From positions 6,535-70,534 of the forward strand of contig JAYQPQ010000002.1 of NCBI GenBank assembly GCA_038145405.1: a stretch of DNA of 64,000 nt, given 5' to 3'. Below, piece after piece: positions 59,537 to 64,000 of this stretch. The position numbers and the translations under genes are program-made. The stretch is from Porticoccaceae bacterium (GTDB lineage Bacteria; Pseudomonadota; Gammaproteobacteria; Pseudomonadales; GM7GCV1). Positions within the stretch are counted from its first letter, which is position 1, and the number at the start of each line of letters is the position of its first letter. Under the pieces are notes generated by a model that made no database searches, had not been told where the DNA came from, and saw nothing but the letters and a program-made list of their open reading frames with translations.

Positions 59537-61242
59537 ATTTCCGGCCCCATAAAGAGATGCAGGCGCGCACCGGTTCCGTCCGAGGGCCAGGCCAGGTCCA
59601 GACGGATGGTTCCAACCAGAGTGTGCCAACGGATGCCGACGCCAGCGCCACGCTTCAAGCTGGGCTCGTTATTGAAGGCATCACCGATGTCGACAAAGAG
59701 CGCCAAATCCCAGTTTTCGGCAATGGGCCGATCGTACTCCAGACTGGCGACGCTCAAGTGACGCCCGCCCACCACGTTGCCCTCGGCATCCCGAGGTCCC
59801 AGGGATTCAAAATCGTAGCCGCGCACCGAGTTATCGCCGCCGGCAAAATAGCGAATGGAGGCCGGCACTTCGCGAAAACGTGCCACCCAGGTAGCACCCA
59901 GCTCGACGCGGCCGATCAGCCGACCCTGCCCCAGGGGCAAAATCCCCTTGGCATCGAGATGGGCCTGCAGTAGCGAGGTATCGCTCAGCAGATTGTCGAG
60001 TGCCCCGGACAGATCGAAGCCGACGCGCCAGCCCTGGGCGATACGCCGCTCGCCAGTGCGCGCGCTTTTATGCAGGGCCAGGGACGGCAACAGCAGCTGG
60101 GACTCGACCTGGAGCGTGCCAATGGTGGAGGATTCACGGCTGTAGGAAGCACCCAAGGTGCGTATCCAGCCACCGTCCATCAAGCGCACGCGACTCCAGC
60201 CCAGCGATTGTCGGATACTGCGACTGGAATCGGTTTCCTCAGACAGAACACCCAACTGCCATTGCCGCAGTTCGCGGGTCGGATCCGCTAGTGGGTGGCG
60301 GTGGGTCAGCTCCAGCTGCTTGAGCAAGGGTGACAGGCTGGTCTCCATCGAGGCGCGATCGCCCTGCCCGTTGAGCAATCGATTTTCGACGGCCAGGCTG
60401 GCCCGCGGTCCGGAGTTGGTATCCACGCCGGCACCAACGGAAAAATGCCAGGTTTTCACCGGTTCCAGGCTGATGCGGATGTCCACCAGGCCATTCTGGC
60501 GCTGCTCAATTTGAGGGCGCACCGAGACCACGGAAAAATACTGGCTGTCGATGAGTCGCTGCTGCAGTTCGATAAGCTCGGCAGCGTCGACCGGATCACC
60601 GCTCGCATAGGGTATAAAGCGGTGCAGAAAATCTACCGAAGGTCCGGCTTCCTGGATCAGTGTTTGACCGTAGCGATAGCGCTCACCACTCAGAAAATGC
60701 AGAACGATGACGGCTTCGGCGCGCTCCGGCTCGACCTGGATTTGGCTGGTGGAAAAGCGCGCGTCGTAATAACCGCGACGCGTTGCCAGGCGCTGAAACT
60801 GGGTCTTGTAGGCTTCATAGCGTGCATGGTTGAGCTGATCGCCGACCGTGAAGGGTGCGCCCTGCACCAGTTCAATAAATGCGCCGTCGGCCTCGGCAGC
60901 ACCTTCGAGCTGAATGTCCAGACGCACGATGCGGGTCGCCTCACCCAGGCTGATATTAAGGCTGATCTGCCAGCAGCCCTGTTCGTCGCGAACCGAATGC
61001 TGGGTAATCTCGGGTCGATAGTAGCCAAAGGCCCGCAGCAGATCGCCCACTTGGGCCAGTGATTGGCGCGCGACCGCGCGTGCACGGGCCTCGGAAGCAG
61101 TACAGGGTGATTCGAAGGGGGTCAGATTATCGCGCAGTGTATTGGCCAGATTGTTACCAACACCCTCAATCAGCCACTGCGCCAGCGCCGGCGCTGGAGA
61201 AAGCAGCGCCAGCAGCAGAAAACCGCTGCAAAAACGTAACAT
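59533..61242 (-). CDS. tamA: outer-membrane Omp85-family protein TamA
   Basis: Signal peptide MLRFCSGFLLLALLSPAPALA, POTRA-like repeats, then a C-terminal beta-barrel (FFAGGDNSVRGY...GVGIRW). Paired with tamB. Confidence 0.85.
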   Translation of the reverse strand: MLRFCSGFLLLALLSPAPALAQWLIEGVGNNLANTLRDNLTPFESPCTASEARARAVARQSLAQVGDLLRAFGYYRPEITQHSVRDEQGCWQISLNISLGEATRIVRLDIQLEGAAEADGAFIELVQGAPFTVGDQLNHARYEAYKTQFQRLATRRGYYDARFSTSQIQVEPERAEAVIVLHFLSGERYRYGQTLIQEAGPSVDFLHRFIPYASGDPVDAAELIELQQRLIDSQYFSVVSVRPQIEQRQNGLVDIRISLEPVKTWHFSVGAGVDTNSGPRASLAVENRLLNGQGDRASMETSLSPLLKQLELTHRHPLADPTRELRQWQLGVLSEETDSSRSIRQSLGWSRVRLMDGGWIRTLGASYSRESSTIGTLQVESQLLLPSLALHKSARTGERRIAQGWRVGFDLSGALDNLLSDTSLLQAHLDAKGILPLGQGRLIGRVELGATWVARFREVPASIRYFAGGDNSVRGYDFESLGPRDAEGNVVGGRHLSVASLEYDRPIAENWDLALFVDIGDAFNNEPSLKRGAGVGIRWHTLVGTIRLDLAWPSDGTGARLHLFMGPEI

Positions 61243-61315
61243 CAGACTATTCGACCCCAAGCGGGGTCGGATCACCATTGCCCTTTGTTAATTTGGCCGC
61301 GCTGGACACCCCGCC

Positions 61316-63145
61316 TCACTCGACCGTGACGCTCTTGGCTAGGTTGCGCGGCTGGTCGACGTCGGTGCCCTTCATCAGCGCCACGTGGTAGGCCACCAGC
61401 TGAAGTGGCACCGAATAGACGATGGGTACCAGGCTGTCCGCCATGTTGGGCAATTCGATAATCTCGACGTCTTCCTCGGCCTCGAACTGGCTGTCGCGAT
61501 CGGCAAATACATAGAGCTTGCCGCCGCGGGCGCGCACCTCGTGCAGGTTGGACTTGAGCTTATCGAGCAATTCGTTGCTGGGTGCGATAGCCACCACCGG
61601 CATGTCGCTGTCGACCAACGCGAGCGGGCCGTGCTTGAGTTCGCCGGCGGCATAGGCTTCGGCGTGAATATAGGAAATCTCCTTCAGTTTGAGCGCACCT
61701 TCCATGGCTACCGGGTAGTTTACGCCGCGCCCCAGGTAGAGCGCGTGATGGCAGGCAGCAAAGGGCGCAAAGCGACGCAAAATCTGGTCGCCCAGCGCGA
61801 GTGCCTGGCGCACCAGATCCGGCGCCTGATGCAGTGCCTGAACAATCTGCTTCTCCTCGGCCGGTTCCAGCTCGCGGGTTTTGCCCAGCGCCAGCGCCAG
61901 CAGCTGCAGGGCCACCAACTGACTGGTGAACGCTTTGGTCGAGGCCACGCCGATTTCCGGCCCGGCCTGGGTGCAGAAGACAAAGTCGGATTCGCGCACC
62001 AGGGAACTGGTCGGCACGTTGCACACGGCAAAGCTGGCCAGGTAGCCAAATTCCTTGGCCTTGCGCAGTGCGGCCAGGGTGTCCGCCGTTTCGCCTGACT
62101 GCGAGATGGCGACAAAAAGTGTATTGGGGTGCACCAGAATGCGATCGTAGCGATACTCGCTGGCGATATCCACCTCGGTGTGAATACCGGCCCAGCCCTC
62201 CAGCCATTTCTTGGCAACTAACCCGGAGTGATAGCTGGTGCCACAGGCGACGATATGCACGTGTTCGACGCGAGCGAAGACGGCCTCGGCGTCCATGCCA
62301 AAGGCTCCCTGCAACAGATGGTCTTTGCCCAAATGCCCCTGCAAGGTGCGACGTATGACATCCGGTTGTTCGAATATCTCTTTCTCCATGAAATGGCGAT
62401 AGCCGGCCTTGTGCACTTCTTCGGCGGCCGCCTCGCTCTTCTCGGCGACGCGTTCGACCTGCTTGCCCTCGGCGTCAAAGATGCGCACACCTTCGGTGGT
62501 CACTTCGGCTAGGTCTCCCTCTTCGAGATAGCAAAAGCGGTCGGTCACCTGACGCAATGCCAGGCTATCGGAGGCAATAAACATTTCGTCGATACCGAAA
62601 CCGATCACCAGCGGACTGCCGCTGCGTGCCCCCACCAGCCGATCCGGTTCGCGCTCGGACATCACCACGATGCCATAGGCGCCCTCGAAGCGGCCGATCG
62701 CCTGGCGCACGGAATCCAGCAGCGACAGGCCAGTGCGATGCAGGCTTTCCACCAGGTGGACAATGACTTCGGTATCGGTCTGCGACTGAAAGTGAAATCC
62801 CTTGGCTTGCAGCTCCTGGCGCAGGATCTGGTGGTTTTCGATGATGCCGTTGTGCACGACCGCCACTGCACCCGAGGTGTGTGGATGCGCATTGACCGTA
62901 GTCGGCTTGCCATGGGTAGCCCAGCGCGTGTGGGCAATGCCGACATTGCCCTGTGCCTTGGTACTTTTAACCTCCTCGACGAGGGCGGCCACCTTGCCGG
63001 CCACTTTGACCGTCTGCAGGGGCTTTCCCTGATCCATCAGCGCTACACCAGCGGAGTCATAGCCGCGGTATTCAAGTCGCTTGAGACCTTCTAGCAGGGC
63101 CTTGGTAATAGTGCGTCCGGAGACGGCGCCGACGATGCCACACAT
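61316..63145 (-). CDS. glmS: glutamine--fructose-6-phosphate aminotransferase
   Basis: MCGIVGAV (N-terminal nucleophile Cys), two SIS domains, and a C-terminal PRNLAKSVTVE. ATG 63145 gives 609 aa. The ORF-track start is over-extended. Confidence 0.97.
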   Translation of the reverse strand: MCGIVGAVSGRTITKALLEGLKRLEYRGYDSAGVALMDQGKPLQTVKVAGKVAALVEEVKSTKAQGNVGIAHTRWATHGKPTTVNAHPHTSGAVAVVHNGIIENHQILRQELQAKGFHFQSQTDTEVIVHLVESLHRTGLSLLDSVRQAIGRFEGAYGIVVMSEREPDRLVGARSGSPLVIGFGIDEMFIASDSLALRQVTDRFCYLEEGDLAEVTTEGVRIFDAEGKQVERVAEKSEAAAEEVHKAGYRHFMEKEIFEQPDVIRRTLQGHLGKDHLLQGAFGMDAEAVFARVEHVHIVACGTSYHSGLVAKKWLEGWAGIHTEVDIASEYRYDRILVHPNTLFVAISQSGETADTLAALRKAKEFGYLASFAVCNVPTSSLVRESDFVFCTQAGPEIGVASTKAFTSQLVALQLLALALGKTRELEPAEEKQIVQALHQAPDLVRQALALGDQILRRFAPFAACHHALYLGRGVNYPVAMEGALKLKEISYIHAEAYAAGELKHGPLALVDSDMPVVAIAPSNELLDKLKSNLHEVRARGGKLYVFADRDSQFEAEEDVEIIELPNMADSLVPIVYSVPLQLVAYHVALMKGTDVDQPRNLAKSVTVE

Positions 63146-63146
63146 A

Positions 63147-64000
63147 CTAGTCTTGCTCCTGCTTGTCGCGCGGAATATTGGTTTGCCGGCCTCGGGCAAC
63201 CGCCAGATTGCCAGTCGGTACTTCCTTGGTAATGACCGAGCCGGCGCCGATATAGGCGCCAGCACCGATTTCCACTGGCGCTACCATGACCGAGTTAGCG
63301 CCGGTCGAGGCGTGATCGCCGATGCGGGTCTTGTGTTTGTGCTTGCCGTCATAGTTGGCCGTTATGGTGCCGGCACCCACATTCACTTTTTCGCCCAGCT
63401 CGGCATCGCCGATATAGCTCAGGTGATTGACCTTGCTGCCGGCACCGATGTGGGATTTCTTGATCTCGACAAAGTTGCCGATCTTGGCGCCCTCCGCCAG
63501 CACCGTGCCAGGGCGCAAGCGGGCGAAGGGTCCCACGCTGCAGCCGGCACCGACGATAGCGTCCTCCACCAGCGTGTTGGCCAGAATGTGAGCGCCTGCG
63601 CCGATCCGGCTATTGCGAATCAGACAGTTGGCTTCGATATGCACGCCGGTTTCGATTTCTACTTCGCCTTCCAGTACCAGATTGACATCGAAACTGACGT
63701 CCGCCGCAATGCGCGCCCGCCCCCGCACGTCAAAGCGCGCTGGATCGGCCAGGCTAACGCCGGCATCCATAAGCAGCCTGGCCTGCTGCAGCTGATAGTA
63801 GCGCTCCAGCTCTGCCAACTGGGCCCGCGTATTCACGCCGGCAACTTCGTCGGGATGATCCGGCTGGCTGGTAACCACCCCGATCCCTTCGGCGACTGCC
63901 ATGGCGATCAGATCGGTCAGGTAGTACTCGCTCTGGGCGTTATTACTGCGCAGTTGCGGCAGCCACTTCTTCAGCCGCTGCGCGGGCACGCAAAGAATAC
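63147..64000 (-). CDS. glmU: bifunctional GlcNAc-1-P uridyltransferase / GlcN-1-P acetyltransferase (N-terminus beyond window edge)
   Basis: NAQSEYYLTD plus a long left-handed beta-helix of hexapeptide repeats and a C-terminal VARGRQ. Directly upstream of glmS. The frame stays open to the window edge. Confidence 0.93.
   Translation of the reverse strand, partial: ILCVPAQRLKKWLPQLRSNNAQSEYYLTDLIAMAVAEGIGVVTSQPDHPDEVAGVNTRAQLAELERYYQLQQARLLMDAGVSLADPARFDVRGRARIAADVSFDVNLVLEGEVEIETGVHIEANCLIRNSRIGAGAHILANTLVEDAIVGAGCSVGPFARLRPGTVLAEGAKIGNFVEIKKSHIGAGSKVNHLSYIGDAELGEKVNVGAGTITANYDGKHKHKTRIGDHASTGANSVMVAPVEIGAGAYIGAGSVITKEVPTGNLAVARGRQTNIPRDKQEQD

Overview
GC-rich gammaproteobacterial chromosomal core segment. 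The gene order resembles Pseudomonas (ubiA-phoBR ... phoU-pstBACS), and several families present are typical of marine bacteria. It is very tightly packed with about 58 protein genes. By eye I found no rRNA, tRNA, CRISPR array, IS or prophage. Gene content in order: beta-carbonic anhydrase (partial), APC permease, small membrane protein, purEK, HNH nuclease, xseB-ispA-dxs, membrane pyrophosphatase hppA, cysE, M15 peptidase, HAD-IB hydrolase, aromatic/aspartate aminotransferase, msbA preceded by an ATPase-less GspE/PilB-like ORF, argE, and argA carrying an extra N-terminal HTH-like segment. Next come a TonB2-type six-gene energy-transduction cluster plus one extra tonB paralog, rppH-ptsP-lgt-thyA-folA, gcvTH, ubiA, a FemAB/GNAT-like gene and phoBR. 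A variable block of about 8 kb follows: ICMT-like methyltransferase, selO, a histidine kinase/response regulator/OmpA triad, a TSUP exporter, a yaaA remnant, an M48-TPR protease and DUF924. The window ends with phoU-pstBACS with Pho boxes, a TRAP transporter, uvrD, DUF4404, tamAB, glmS and glmU (partial). No obviously new multi-gene system stands out. The items most worth a second look are: (1) two ORFs that keep only the N- and C-terminal ends of known proteins (GspE/PilB-like and YaaA-like), each translationally coupled to the next gene; (2) ArgA with an N-terminal helix-turn-helix-like extension behind an AT-rich inverted repeat; (3) an OmpA/RR/HK triad resembling the poorly understood accessory genes of the proteobacterial dedicated sortase system, with no sortase in the window; (4) a duplicated TonB with a different linker beside the TonB2 cluster; (5) a long non-coding leader upstream of purEK. 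All functional calls come from reading the translated ORFs and recalling family motifs. No database search was run.
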